A DNA stretch of 64,000 nucleotides from the human T2T-CHM13v2.0 reference genome, Homo sapiens: the NCBI RefSeq assembly GCF_009914755.1, contig NC_060929.1, one strand, 5' to 3'. The first letter of the stretch is position 1. Every line of letters starts with the position of its first letter. The notes beneath the pieces were generated by a model that did no database searches, was not told the origin of the DNA, and saw only the letters and a program-made list of their open reading frames with translations. The position numbers and the translations under genes are program-made. Of this stretch, positions 32,749 through 46,600 are shown piece after piece.

Positions 32749-32904
32749 ATATTTTCTTAAATATTGTCCTGATGCACTCTGGTCTCTTGAAAAATGCCAT
32801 TCTCTTTAGAGTTGAGGAGATTTTTAGTATGAAAGTCATCCTAACCATGCTTTTAATAACAGAAGCAGAGATTATTTTGCTTCATGTTTTGGTATGCCAA
32901 CAAT

Positions 32905-33124
32905 TTTTCTTTTCCTTTTCTTCTTTCTTTCTCTTTCCTTCTTTTTCTCTTTCTTTTTCTTTTTCTTTCTTTCCTTCCTTCCTTTCTCCTTCCTTCCTTC
33001 CTCCTGTTCCTTCCTCCCTCCTTCTCTCTCTCCTTCCTTCATTCCTTCCCTTCTTCCTTCCTTCTTTCTTTCTCTTTCTTTCTTTTTTCTTTCTTTCTTT
33101 TTCTTCCTTTCTTTCTTTACTTTT
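32905..33124 (+). repeat. Polypyrimidine (TTTC/TTCC) tract
   Basis: About 220 bp, almost pure C/T. Confidence 0.95.
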
Positions 33125-35344
33125 AAACTAATGAATAGTCCTCATATCACTGCAGTCATAGCAAAGCAATCACTACACTCAAGGACTTCTGAATGTTTAA
33201 GAATTATTTTTTTCTGCTCTTAATTACCACCTGTCTACTCTTCTTTTTACTTGGTCATTTGTTTTGTCTCTCTCCGTAATGGTAATAAAGACCTCAAAAA
33301 ATAAATATGTGTTGAACCAAGCTTGTTTGATTTAAAATGCCTTCCTAATATAATGTTAATGGACTCTCAAGGCCTCCTTTATGCTTGCCTTATCCTACCT
33401 ATTGGTTTTAGAACTAATTAGATTTAGTTATTAGTTTTAGCTCAGAGATCTTTCTTTTTCCATTCAGTCTTATGAGGAGCTATAAAAAACTCTTTCATCA
33501 CAAACAAACTCTGAGAAAATAATTTGTTGACCATTTTCAAAGAGGGTGAGGGGACAGGGTTCCCTCTCTTATGAATGTGATGACTGAAAATGAGGCCATC
33601 AAACATAACTATTCTTACTTAAGGTACTGAGAAGTGGTTTTGATATCTAATAGAGATATTATCAAGTTGAAAGTATGCATACTTTCTACAGACAGACAGC
33701 ATGACTTGCAGAATATTTTAGGCTTCTATCTGCTCCCATTATTATGTCTTGTGTACATTATCTTGTAGGAAAGGCCAAGGCCTTGTCGTCTCCTATTCTA
33801 AACTTAGTGAAAGTTTTAAAATCAGGTATAGAGAAGAATTTTTAAATGATAAATAGTACCAAACCCAGATTTTCCAATTTTCTTGGCATAGTATTTAACC
33901 TATTTCCCATTAATTTCAATGCATAACCTCTACTGTGTACTCAAGACGATCTTTCTGTTCCACACTATGCTTATTCATACATTTAATTTTTCACCTTTTC
34001 CCCCTCAAATTGATCTTTATTTCATTGAAAAAGCAAAAAAGAGACTTGTAAGGTATATTAATCAAAGGGTGCTGATGGTTAGAGTAGATGCCTGGGGCTG
34101 GAACGAGGGCTGAACCTGGAAAGATGATCTGAAACACATCTAAGGACAGATCAGTCTCTTGGGCTTATGTCAAATCTTCTCTTCCCTCTGTATATCTATT
34201 AATACATAATTTTCCACTCCCCATCAACTAGAATCATTTGTCTAAAAATTGATGCTTTTTCATGGCCTTACTTGGCCCCTAGCCTAACTCATGACATCTT
34301 TTTATGGACTGTAGGCTGCCAAATAGTTCAGTCTTTAATTTCAGCTTCTCAAGAACGAGTTACTTATTGAACTTGTTTATCTTTTCACAAAAGACTATGT
34401 CACAGGTTGTTGACAGTGCTAAGAATCAGTAGCCCTTGAATCAGATGCCTACTCCTAGTTGACACTGCTGTGGCTAGAAAGAAGCAAATCACCTGGTGGA
34501 AGGGCCTGATTATGACCTTTAGGAGTACAAAGAATCAAAAACTATAGTGTGAAATGATAAGCTTACATGTGTGCTCTAATTAAAATAGATTGATTCAATA
34601 ACTTCAAATCTTAAAACTCTGGATAGATTTATTAGAGTGAAATCTCCCTCCTTCTTACTCCCTCCCTTCCTCCTTCCTTCTCTCTTTTGTGTACCCACAC
34701 TTTTCTGGTCACTTAAGCTGAGCAATTGTTTGGTCTGAGTACTGGGAATATGGCACTGTCTGGTAGAAAACACCACTATGTGGTCAACAATGGCTGTGTA
34801 AAGATTAACTCCTCCAGAAGAGGATATGGATGGCAGCAATATTAACCTCACCAATGTGTTCAAGTTGTCCTTTTCTCCTCCTATCAAAATATGTTCATCA
34901 TAACAGGGCCTGCTCAGGTACAACTTCTTCAATGAGGTTTTGCTTAGCAACCTTGGCATTTATTGATTCCTTTTTCCCTCTGAACTCCTGGAACCCATAT
35001 AATTAAAACCAAACAAATTTCAGCTTTTTATTTACATTTACTTTGTATTTTCTGTTTTTATTCACATTGTTGGTGTTTAGACTCATTTTAATTTAAAGAT
35101 GCATGAAGACAGGATGCATATTATATATTTGTTCTACATTCCTCCCAACCCCAGGTTTAGTGCTTTATACAGAGTATGGGCTTAAGATATTTTACTAATT
35201 AGCTAAAAACACATAAAATGTTCACATTTTATCTTTTCCTCTCTAAACTTTGGTCTGTTTATTTATAAGTACATTATGAGGCTGTATACATGTAAACGTT
35301 TCTCATGCCACTCTCACATCTTCTAGGTCCACTTTTTGCGTTTG

Positions 35345-35787
35345 AATGTATCCTGCCAGAACCTCACCCCTTGCCTCTGGTTTTCTGTGTGATCCTTCTC
35401 TGCTACTGCCTTGTAGTATGCCTACAGCACTAATTCAGTTATTTTGGGGGCATGCAAAAGCCTGGAAGTATGAGAGGGCTAACACCTGTTGGGGCAACTC
35501 TTGACCAATGGGAGGTGGTGGATAAATAAGTTTCTCTGTCACATCTTGGTCAGACAATTCTGAGGTTCACTCTATATACCTCCTCAGAATATTCTCAGTG
35601 AGATTGAGTCCTCATGACCTGCAACTGTAACAGCAACTTTTTCAAGGTCTTTTCATTGGGCCCAAGATCTTTTCTTTATTTCTTCATGGTTTCCCCATTT
35701 TTTTCCTTGGATCACTTCCCAAAATTAACTACCTGCATCAAATCTTTGTCTCACGCTGTGCTTCTAGGGGGAAACCAGACTAAAAGA
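35345..35787 (+). mobile_element. LTR16-like (ERVL) solo LTR
   Basis: cttgaccaatgggag and a 3' end aactacctgcatcaaatctttgtctc...cttctagggggaaaccagactaa. Confidence 0.7.
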
Positions 35788-36169
35788 GCCTGTATTTTAA
35801 GTTTTCACAAGAATAATCTTAAAATGTTGAATAATTTAAAAGATTTCTTTACTCCCTCCCTAACTCTATTGTACATTCAAAATAATCATTAGACTAAGAG
35901 TATCTTCTCATAATGTTCTCTGTCATTCAAGATCACTTTCTGCGACAATCCATGGTCTGTGTTGGTGCTGCTTTGAGTTTATAGCCTAATGTGTCTTCTG
36001 CCAAGGGGTTCCCAATTGAATATTCATCATGGTCAACAGAGGTGTGTGCAAAGTCACAAGTAAAGAAAGAAAATTATTATTTTTACTTTGACACATAGCC
36101 TGAGAGGTGATGTATCTTCTCAAACTTTCTGGGAACAAATCTACATATCCAGATCCAAAAGGTACATCC

Positions 36170-36345
36170 ATTCATTCAGCAACATTTAGTAAATAATTGC
36201 TAGATGTCAGGCATTATGCTTTAGTAAAATGGTGATAGTAATAGTGCCTGTCTTATAAGATTGTTGTGAAGATTAAATGTTGTAAAGTTACTATATGAGA
36301 AGTTTGGTACCTATCAAGTACTCAATAAATGCAATAAATTATAAC
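36170..36345. mobile_element. L2/MIR fragments
   Basis: ttcattcagcaacattta; gattgttgtgaagattaaatg...actcaataaatg. Confidence 0.6.
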
Positions 36346-36510
36346 AGGGGCTAGAAAGAAATAAATCACCTGTTGGTGAGACTCCAGGGTGGGAATACAA
36401 AATTCATAAAGAGATAATTCCTGCATTCAAGGAAATTAAATTCTTTTGGGAGGGTAGACATAAATAAATATTTTCTGTACAGAGTGATGAGTACCAAAAA
36501 TGTGGTATGT

Positions 36511-36846
36511 CTAATGTTAAATGATGAGTTAATGGGTGCAACACACCAACATGGCACATGTATGCATATGTAACTAACCTGCACGTTGTGCACATGTACC
36601 CTAAAACTTAAAGTGTAATTTAAAAAATTATAATTTTAAATTATAATTATAAATTATAATTATATATAAATTATATTAATTATATATAAATTATAATATA
36701 TTATATTATATATTATATATATTATATATTTTATATATATAATGTATATTATATATAATATATACTGTATATTTTATATAGTATATATTATATATTTTTA
36801 TATAATTAAAATTATAATTTAAAATTATAATATAAATTATAATTTT
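36511..36846 (+). mobile_element. Very short L1PA 3' end (about 110 bp) with an AT-expanded tail
   Basis: ctaatgttaaatgatgag...ccctaaaacttaaagt; 15-bp TSD aaaaatgtggtatgt at 36496-36510 and 36847-36861. Confidence 0.92.
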
Positions 36847-37619
36847 AAAAATGTGGTATGTACCCATTACAGAAGTAGCACAAAATGTGGAATGATTATT
36901 TCTTTTTGAGAGTGCTTAGGGAAAATGTAAACATTTTCAAGGCACTGGGAAAGATAAAAATTCATGCATTCATTAAAAATATTACAAATATTTGCTGAGA
37001 GTCTACTATGTAACAGTCATTGTTCTATGGCACTAGGTATACAAGGACATGACTGATAATCTTAGAGATGCAATGCTTTGTTCAAAAGATGACTGTCCAA
37101 GCATTCTGATATTTGAATCCCAAGCTATTCTCCTGATACATGAGCTATTCGGCAGAGAAGAAATCTGGGCTCCCCCAGTTGGGCATGAATGACCCAAAAT
37201 ATCTTTGTCTTACACAATTGATTTGATAGTCTTATTCTAGCTTTTCTCTGTGTGAGCTAATGTGACCATTTTAATTTCTCAATCAGAATAGCCAGAAGTT
37301 ATAATTTGGCACCACATGGCAAGTTCTGGCAATACTTGGCCCTGCATTACTACATGGCAAAATAGCTGAGCTGGGTTAGCAGCTTCTTTCTACTTGGGCT
37401 TAACTGTTTATATAATGACTATATAAATATTATTTACAGTTATGCAGTATAATGAACTTTTGATCACTCTTTTTAAACTTTTAGAGAATAATTAAAAGGT
37501 GTACAACAAAAAAGTGTGATCAAGTTTATTTTCTTAGTTGTTTTCCATGTTCCCAGAATTAATTTGTCTCCAGACTCTGTGACCAAAGTGTAAATTTCCT
37601 TTCAGTTCCATTCATGCAT

Positions 37620-38683
37620 ATTAGAAAGTCTACCAGTTTCATTTGGTTCTAAGATAACCCTTCTGAAGTCCTCCGGCCTTCTGGCTTTCATCTGTACAGT
37701 TGTTCTCTGAGTCTCCTGTGCAATTATCTATTAGGAATTCTCTTAACCTTTTTAAAGCTATATTCCCATTTCATTACTTCCACGCATTTCTCTTTCTTGG
37801 TAACTCTATTTTCCTTGATGGTTCACACCCTCCAGTGGGTTCTTGAGAAAGAGTGTATAGAACCTAATTTTTGAGTTTTTGTATGCCTGAAGATGTCTTG
37901 ATTTACCAAAACAATTGAGTGTTAGTTTGGCTGGCTAAAACATTCAGTATTGGAGATGTTTTGCCCACAATATTTTAAAGGTGTCGGTCCATTGCTTCTC
38001 CAGATTCAGTTTCCTTTTAGGAAGTCTGATACCATTCTGAATTTTGAGCCTATTAATAAAACCTGTTACTTTTCTCTGGAGAAACTTTTGAATGTTTCTA
38101 TTTTTGCCATGGGGGTGAAGTTTCATGACTATGTACGTTAGTGTGGTCCATCTGTATTCATTGTGCTAGGTATTTGAAGAGGTCTTTCAATTTGAAGATA
38201 TTTGTTCTTCTTTCGTAAGCACTTTTTTGTATCACTTCTTAATAATTTTCTTTGCTTTACTTTCTCTTATCTCTCTGAAACTCTTGTTTTATAATATTGA
38301 CCCATTACCTGGTCTTCAGTTTTTTTTTCTATTAGTCATCTTTAGTAGCCTTTTTATTTCTCCATGATATTTGTACAGTCGTAGTTGCTGCTGCTGCTGC
38401 TGCTGCTGTTCTATTTCCTCTTCCTCCCCTTCCATTCTCTCTTTTCCTACTTACTCCTCCTTCTTCATAGATCCAGTATCTTCTCTTATTTTCTGAGTCT
38501 TCTGAAGAAAACATTTTAAAGTTTCTTTCAGTGCCTGGATTTTCTCTGAATCCTTCCTTTCTTTCTCTGTCTCTCTCTTCCTCCTCTCTCCTCCCTTTCC
38601 TTCCTTCCTTCCTTCCTTCCTTCCTTCCTTCCTTCCTTCCTTCCTCCTCTTTCTCTTTCTTTCTTTTCTTTCTTTCTTTCTTT

Positions 38684-38738
<55 letters not shown>

Positions 38739-39200
38739 CTTTCTTTCTTTCTCTCTTTCTTTCTTTTTCTTTCTTTCTTTTTCTCTTTCTTTCTCTCTCT
38801 CTCTTTCTTCTTTCTTTCTTTTTCTTGTTTTATTTCTTCTCCCTTTTCTTTATTTATTTGAACTGTTATGCTAGAGTCTTCAAATTTCTAGTGATCATTG
38901 ATTGTCTGTTTATATTTAAAAGAACCTCTAAATGACTGACTGAAAATTGTGATGAATAAGCAGGAATAGTAAATTATAAGCTTCATTGTAGGGTGATTAG
39001 GCAGGGACTTGGCTGGCTGTTGCATGACTTCCAGCTGTCTTTATCTGTGGGTCTTTTCTATTGCACTGGTCAGCTTCCCTGAAGTGGGATCCTATGGCCT
39101 CCTGTCTGCCACTTAATTACTGACTGCTGGAGTATTTGGAAACCAGAAAGGGAAAGATTTTTTGGTGTTTCCAAGATATTGGTATCTTCAAGAGCTGAGT
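37620..39200 (-). mobile_element. Old L1M/HAL1 ORF1 relic
   Basis: Minus-strand peptide LNLEKQWTDTFKIL resembles L1 ORF1p. Confidence 0.6.
38552..38860 (+). repeat. (TTCC)n/(TTTC)n compound microsatellite
   Basis: About 300 bp pyrimidine tract. Confidence 0.97.
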
Positions 39201-39379
39201 TACTCTTCCTTAACCTCTTCAGATGTTAAAACATTATTTTCATTTGCTTTAATGCATAATTTTTACAACCCGTGTGTGTGTGTGTGTATGTGCGTGTGTG
39301 TGTGCGTGTATGAGTAATACCAGCTTTCTCCATGGCTGGTTCCATCATTTACCCCTCATTGATCTGCTTTTAGAATAAA

Positions 39380-39750
39380 GACTGCTGAGATAATCAATGA
39401 AAAGGGATACTTTAGATAAAGCATCAGGAAAAGCCTTTCTGCAAAGTGACATTTAAACAGAGATGAAGAGGATAAAGAAGCAGCCACTGTGAAGCGCAGG
39501 GGAAAGTGCCTTCCAGTCTGAGAGAACAGTGTGTACAGAAACATTCCTTGGGAAAGAGTTAGGCATATTTGAAAACTGACCTAAGGCCTATATAGCTAGA
39601 GTAGATATTGAAGGTCAGAGTAGTACAGGATGATTGAAGAGTTAGGCAGAGCCAGGTCAGGCAGGTCCTCATTGTCATGACAAAGGCTGGCCTCATCACC
39701 TGGTACAACTGGAAGCCACTAATAGTGTTTAGCAATGGAAGCAATGTGAA
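39380..39750 (-). mobile_element. L2 fragment
   Basis: caggaaaagcctttctgcaaagtgacatttaaacagag-type L2 segment. Confidence 0.65.
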
Positions 39751-41580
39751 GGCTGGGAAGTGACACTTCAAGGTGTGATACTGGGAGTGGGCTGTGAGGT
39801 GGGATGCAGGTTGAGAGCAGTAATTCCCTACCAAACAGGCACATATGGCTGCTCCTTAAGGTCATCATTAGCTTTGATACAACACAAACTCTCCACAGAG
39901 TCTTAGTAGATGTTCTTACATTTATGGATGATCATACCAATGTGAACAGAGAGATCGAGTTTAGTCAATAACCACACAGAGAGCTAGAAGGAAGTAAATA
40001 TTAGAACCATAATACATTCCTTCCATTGGAAAGTAGACGAGAAGATATTTCATTAAAATGCACATTGTTTTTTAAGAGAAATATGTTCACAGTCTCTGAG
40101 CATTATTGATATGCTTTGAATAACCCTAAGATAATTTCTTCTGGGGATAAGACTATAATTGAGGTAAATCTATACTTCAATTTTAGCAGTTTAAATTTTT
40201 CTTCCAGAAGCTTGTTTGGGGCTAGGACTAACTTTAGAATTGCTTTCAATGATTGAAGTCCTTCTGCAACCCTCCCAGAGAGTAGGAAACTCACTTGATT
40301 CCAGAGGTTTTCTCCCCCACTGACTTGTTCCAGAAGGTTCAACAGTCTCAGTATTAATGGTTTTAAGAGTTAATAAACAGTTTTGTTATTTTAAACAGTT
40401 AAAAAAATGTTAAAATGTGTTAACAATCTTCAGAGCAAGATATTTTCTTCTTTATATGTAAAAAAAAATCACAAGAAATTGGCTTTACTAAATAAGAGGA
40501 GGAAGGCTTTAAGTGGTGTGGTCTGACAGTAATTTGTATTAGAGTCTAGAGGAGCATATTTGTAATGTCTTGTGGTAGTACATTTATCTCTTGGTGACAG
40601 AAGGAATAATTGCTTTAGAGAGCATATCAGTGGCTGTTTAAAAATTTAACTCTTTATTTCCTCAAACCTAAGGTTACAAAAGTGAGAGGAGAAAATATGA
40701 GAAATATAATTCAGGCAAAACAGGAAGTATTTGTTAACTAAAAAAAATATGCATTATCCATTGTCAAGGACTGGTGAAAAGCCTTGAAGGGTAATGAAAA
40801 TATTTTTCATTATACACAAGTAAATATCATTCATGTATTGCTATTACTGTTATGCACTATTATTATTTCTGGCTGTTATTTGCAATAGCCTGTATAACAT
40901 GGTTTTCAAATTAAAAACCCCTAGATAAAGTGGTTTTTGTTCAGAAATGAACTGTGTTTAATAAGTTGTTAATTATTAGGCTTTGCTGTCTTATGTTCTC
41001 AAATTTGACAGCCTTAATGGCTTCTCGAATACTATCCTTTTTTAACCTACTTTTGTATGAAGTTTGTTCTTCTTCAAGTTCTTGATTTCCCTTGAAAAGA
41101 GTTGTTGATATTTATGTCTCCCTCGGTTTCCAGTCAGCTCCCTGAGGGCTAGAATGGCATCTCGTTTGACCCCATCAAAAGGTGCAGTGCTTGGGTATAG
41201 TTGAAGTGGCACCTCAAGACACAGGGGTCACATAATTTATTGTTTAAATTGATCACTTCTGAAAGTGAAAGACAGATTAATAATTGTGCTGAGACCGCAG
41301 ATGTAAACTGTCCAAATCAAACCAGGATGCATGATTACTCTTCTTTAAGGCAGCCAGGGTGGAAACACAGGTGAGAATCTAGCAGAATCAGATTTTTAAA
41401 GATATCCTGATTATTCTTCAATTTAACATGGAAAGATTGAGCCATAAAAATATTTTAAATTACTTTTATTATAACCCTATAGAAACCCACAATTAAACAC
41501 TAAATATGACTTATTTTGTCCTCTCAAAGTGACTCACCTTTAAAAGAGAATGAGGAGATGTGTGTGTATGTATCTATAAA

Positions 41581-41612
<32 letters not shown>

Positions 41613-41959
41613 CACATATATAAAGTATATATATCTATATATGGTGTTATGTCATACTTTTTGCCCTATTTGTATTTTTTCTCTTAAATCTATTGATTTT
41701 GCATAATGTAGGAGCACACAATTTTGAAAGGAACTGATTTCCTGAAAGGGTCCAGCCATGCATTGAAGGAAGGGGTAGATTGCCAACTAAAAATGCATTT
41801 GTGTTAAGCAATATTCAGCTTGCAGCTGGCACATAGTAGGCATTCAATTAATATTTTATGAATGAATGAAAAAATAAATAAATGATGAATACTAGCTTAG
41901 ATATTTTTCCCTGTAGGGCCTGTGGCTAGCCAGGTTCATGCTGTTTCTTCAATTTATCG

Positions 41960-42032
41960 AGGTCACTTTGAATTCTGATCTTTTCTTCTGAGGTGTTAGC
42001 AATCCCTTCTAACTTGGTGTCATCTGAAAAAT
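41960..42032 (-). mobile_element. L3/CR1 fragment
   Basis: ttagcaatcccttctaacttggtgtcatctgaaaa resembles the CR1 RT (FADD) region in reverse. Confidence 0.45.
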
Positions 42033-43140
42033 ACTACCTGTGTGAAATGTGTGACTGAGTTAAGCTGGGAGTGTCATGTTGGACATTTTCTTAAACTAGA
42101 ACACAGCTGGAAATTATTACACAACCAAAAGCATACTTCATTTTGGTCCTATCAGGCCAGCCTTGTCCACATTTGACTGATTTTTCACTTATCATCCATA
42201 ATCAATCACTTAATTTCTTCACTAAATAGAAAATAAGATGCACAACGAAGCCTCATGAAAATTAGAGGACAGAAACTGTAATAGATTAGGGCACTATGGA
42301 AATACCTTTTAAATGTACTTTGTAAATTATACTCCAGTGCATACCTATTGTATATTCCTCAATAGGCAAGTCTTGACATATAGTGTATAGAAACAATCTA
42401 TTATCGATTTTCCCATAGGGCAGATGTAAAATCTCGAATGCACTCATATTCCTCTTTCAAAAATTTTGGTAGAAAAATCTCTCACTGCTGGGAGCTTAAT
42501 TCTCTTCAAGTTTTGTAATCAATTCACTATTTAGTTACCAAGAAAGCTTTTTTAACATCAATAAATAATAATAATCTTGTGTTAGATTAAAAATACTTAG
42601 TCTTCTAAAATGCACACAGCAAATTTTTAGATTTTTTAAAATACAAAGATGAATAGTAAGAGATAAGTCGATCAGTGATATGTATGCAACATGAAAGAAA
42701 TAACCGAGATAATTATCCAGGTAATTTAAAATAAAATTCTCTTTTGAGTATTTTTCTGATAAATGAAGTAAAAGTTGCCTCACTTGAATTTATATTTGTA
42801 GATTCATGTCACCATGGAAACTACTAAGCCATTGCTCAAAGATTAGTAGATTGTATCTACGTTTTGTTCTTTTTCTTTCCTATTCTAAAATTTAAAAAAG
42901 ACTTTATTGTGTTTCTATTATTTAAAAAATATGAAGTGCCATTTTACTAACATATAAAATAATTAAACATTTTTAATTTTTGTGCTATATGCCTTTTTCC
43001 TTTGGGGAAAATATGACAATGTAGGTAAAACATAAATATTTCCATGGAGTAAGTTTACATGACAAAGGGAAAAATATCCTTCTAATGATAAAGTCCCTTC
43101 TTCTACAACACCTTTAAAGTTCTGTAACATGTTTTAATAG

Positions 43141-43615
43141 CTCAGGACCACAGTCGCAACACTCCTTTTGATCCATAAGTGGCAGTATCTATTTGTATGA
43201 GGAGGTACAATTGGCAGTGTGCATTCCCAATGTTGGTGATGATCTGTATGTCACAGGCTTCATTTCCAACAATGTTATATGTAAATTAGTTATACCTTCA
43301 TGCCAGGGTAGAATGCCATTCACAGAGTAATTGCCAACATTTTTCCTGGTCATTCTATAGGTGGAATGAAAATAGCCATTTAGAGATCTATTTCTATGAA
43401 TTAACAGGAAAAAAATATTATGTTGTACACATTCTTTACATTATTTTTATAACAGTTATGTTCCTTTTTGGTTACATATTTAATATTATATTAAATGGAA
43501 TTTGAATGCCCCTTCAGTATTTAACCTACTCTCAGCATTTTTTAAACACCTAGTGATTTTATATTGTTTAGAGTATAAGAATTATATAAAAATAAATTCT
43601 GTTGCAAATTATTTA
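43141..43615 (+). other. Candidate terminal exon (xQDHSRNTPFDP*, TAA at 43176-43178) plus 3'UTR
   Basis: Acceptor gttttaatAG at 43139-43140, short phase-1 coding tail, repeat-free AU-rich sequence, AATAAA at 43591. Confidence 0.3.
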
Positions 43616-46600
43616 AAGTCTTTAAATGCCATGAATGAAATATATGTTGACTAGATGTGTTAGAAATTACTCTCAGTTATTTTGGTAGTACGTAAAGCAC
43701 AAATGTTTAAGTTAATTTTCTTGCTTTACTAAAAAGTGTTTGCTGTTTCTGAGGGTTTCTTTTGATTTCTAAGAGGAGCAGTACACATGGACCTAAGCAC
43801 AAATAATGGCAAAGCTAATTGTTTCAAATGACAAGAGCTTAAAATTCTTAGGGAGGGAAATTTAGCAAGCAGACTTTGAAAATCTATGAAGTGAGAAAAA
43901 GGTACTAATAGGTGAATTAGGAACATAGACAATTTTTATTATAGCATGTGTGGGCTTTCCTCATTCCATTTAAATTTTCTCTCATTTTAGAAATGTAGTG
44001 ATATATACTCCTACTTTTCAGTTTCACAGCAAAAGTGAAACAACTGCTTTCCCCCCACACAAAATGATTTGTAAATGCATTCTGTGAATAAAACACATTA
44101 AACGCCATTTGCATATAGTACGTTAACACATGAGAAAAATGGTTCACACAGTACATTAGGAAGGAAATAAACAGAAATGACTTTAAAATGCCTGCTATAT
44201 TCATAACAATTTAAAAGATAACAGAGCAATGTATTTCAGGTGCATTGGACTTAATTCAGTGACAATGTTTTCTTTGGAAGCCCTTATTTACTAATTTTTT
44301 TTAAAAACACTCCTTTGCCAATTGCAGTGCTAAGCTGCCAAGATTTTCAGAGCTGACCAGGAGGTGGAGATCTCATGCAAATGAACTCTTCCCCTTGGCT
44401 GGCAGCCCACAATGACTGATTCAAAAGAACACTTTAACCCAGAAGATGAGTCTGAGCTGATTATTGCTGGCCAGAAACCACTCCAGTGTTCCATGCTAGA
44501 TGGGAGGTTGCCTTCCAAATACTATATTGCCTTCCAAAATTTACTGGCTCCATTTCCGAAAAAGGAAGGGTTCAAGTTTTTTCTCTTTTTTAAAAGCAGA
44601 AATCCCCATATATTAAAAACCTTCCTATCTTTAAATTAAATTTCTAAGCTCCATTTTCTATGTCCCTCAACTTGTGTAACAACCGCTTACAGGAGTGTAT
44701 GTGTACATCTTTATTCCTAGGCTGTCTGAATTTTACATGGCTAAGTTTCACTGTTTAATAATATATTGAATCTGAAAGAAATGTTGAAAAATATATATGT
44801 GTAAGTCTCAAAGTTTTATTAGTTTTTCTAGTGTGAACTGGCATACGATGTAATTTTGAAGAATAGTATAATGAAGGTATGTTGAATTGGCGAGATGCAA
44901 GTCCAGCAGTATATTATAACATCGTCATTTTACTTCAGATTCTGGTTTCATATACACTTCCGCCTTTGGTAATTTACATAAACATGCATAGTCTATGAAT
45001 AATGCATAAACCTTATTTTAAATGCAGAGCTTTCAACTCTCGCAGTGCACTAGTATACACACCCATTTGATTGGCTCTGCCCTGTTTTCATTACTCACAA
45101 TTTCTTGGAACACAAAAGAGGTTGAAAAGGCTGACAGGAATGGACAGTATTTTTTCTTGTGTGTGTGGGAAATATTTGTTTCCTTTTCAAAGCAATTGGT
45201 GTTGCAAAGTTTTGTCTGTGATTATTGTTCCTGGTTGTTGTTATTTTTTTTCCAAGAAAGAATGCATTAAAATGTCTGAACCTGCAAAACAGCAATCACA
45301 ATCAGATACTTTATTTATTTTTTTATTTTTAAAGGATACTGCAGAAATTGTTTTCTATTTGCATAAATCTGAACACCAGGCTATAATAAGGAAGCAACCA
45401 TTAGACTTTTGGGGCAATATCCCAATTACACTTGACTTAAGTGGGTAATCTTAAAGCATTGATTGAATAGTTATGCATCCAGAAAATATTAAAAGTTTAG
45501 CATTAAATTGTGCTTATTCAAGTAGAATTGAATATTCTGATTAACGTACACACATGAGTCCTCTGCATTTGAGACATTGTGATTACTTTGTTTTCATATG
45601 AGCTTATCTATATGAAATAATCCATCCTATGATATAAGAGGATATAGATATTTTTATTAAAATGGCAGTAATTAATTAAATAAAAAGCAATACAGTGGTA
45701 TGTAACAACTTTAAAAAAAATTTTGTATTTGTTTACTAACCACCCTGTGATTTAACATTTTTGATATTGTTACTAAAATAATAATGCTTTGCTTTACGAT
45801 AGTAAGAAATTTCCAATCTCTTTAAAAAAATTACTTCTTATTGTCATTTTTTATTCCTTTTTTCAGTTTCTCCTTATATATCTTTAAGATTTTGTTCGTT
45901 TTTCTCTTCTCTGCTTTTTTCCCTTTTTGCATAAGTTTTCTTTCACTCTCTATTTTAACACATTGTTGGACATTAATCACCAAATTATACCTGATATTAT
46001 CTTCCCTTTTATTAATTCTTTTACTTATTTCTTTTAACATCAGATTAAGCTGTTACAAGAATTTATTTCATTTGATGAATTCTCTATTATGCTACAGAAA
46101 ATGGATATTTGGTTTAAGTGAAAAAGGAGGAGCTTTTGCTGCTAGAGTTACTTTAGGGAGTACTCTCCCTTTGAGGACCATAAAGTCTTGATTTAATTAT
46201 TTTGCAGGGAGTTACCAAATTCTTCCTTTGTAGGTTTACATTAGAGACACTTGGAGATTAATGAGCAAAAGAAGTCTTATGGGTCACTATGTTTGGATGT
46301 TATGCAGAGCTTTAAGACAATGAGCATCCATTGACAATAAGACAGATTTAAATACTAGGAAAAGAGGTGTGAAGCTGAAAACTTAGGTTCACACTTAGTG
46401 ACTGAAATTTAAAAGGGCTAGCAGCAAACTCAAAGTAGTGCACTTCGCCTACAAGAAGGTGAAGCAATTTTCTTCAGCATTCACTGTGAGAAAATGAAAT
46501 TACACCTAGCAGATGTTGTTCTAGTGATTTAGAAACAAAAGATACAAAAAGTTGGGGAAGCATATGCATAACTAGTCAACTATGTTGCTTCAAGAGAGAT

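Noticed and set aside
32772-38935. Phe/Ser/Leu-rich ORFs that look like membrane proteins
   Set aside because: They are translations of the CT-rich microsatellites at 32905-33124 and 38552-38860.
46250-46600. Possible ancient RTE/L4 LINE relic
   Set aside because: Only faint motif resemblance; cannot be supported without an HMM search.
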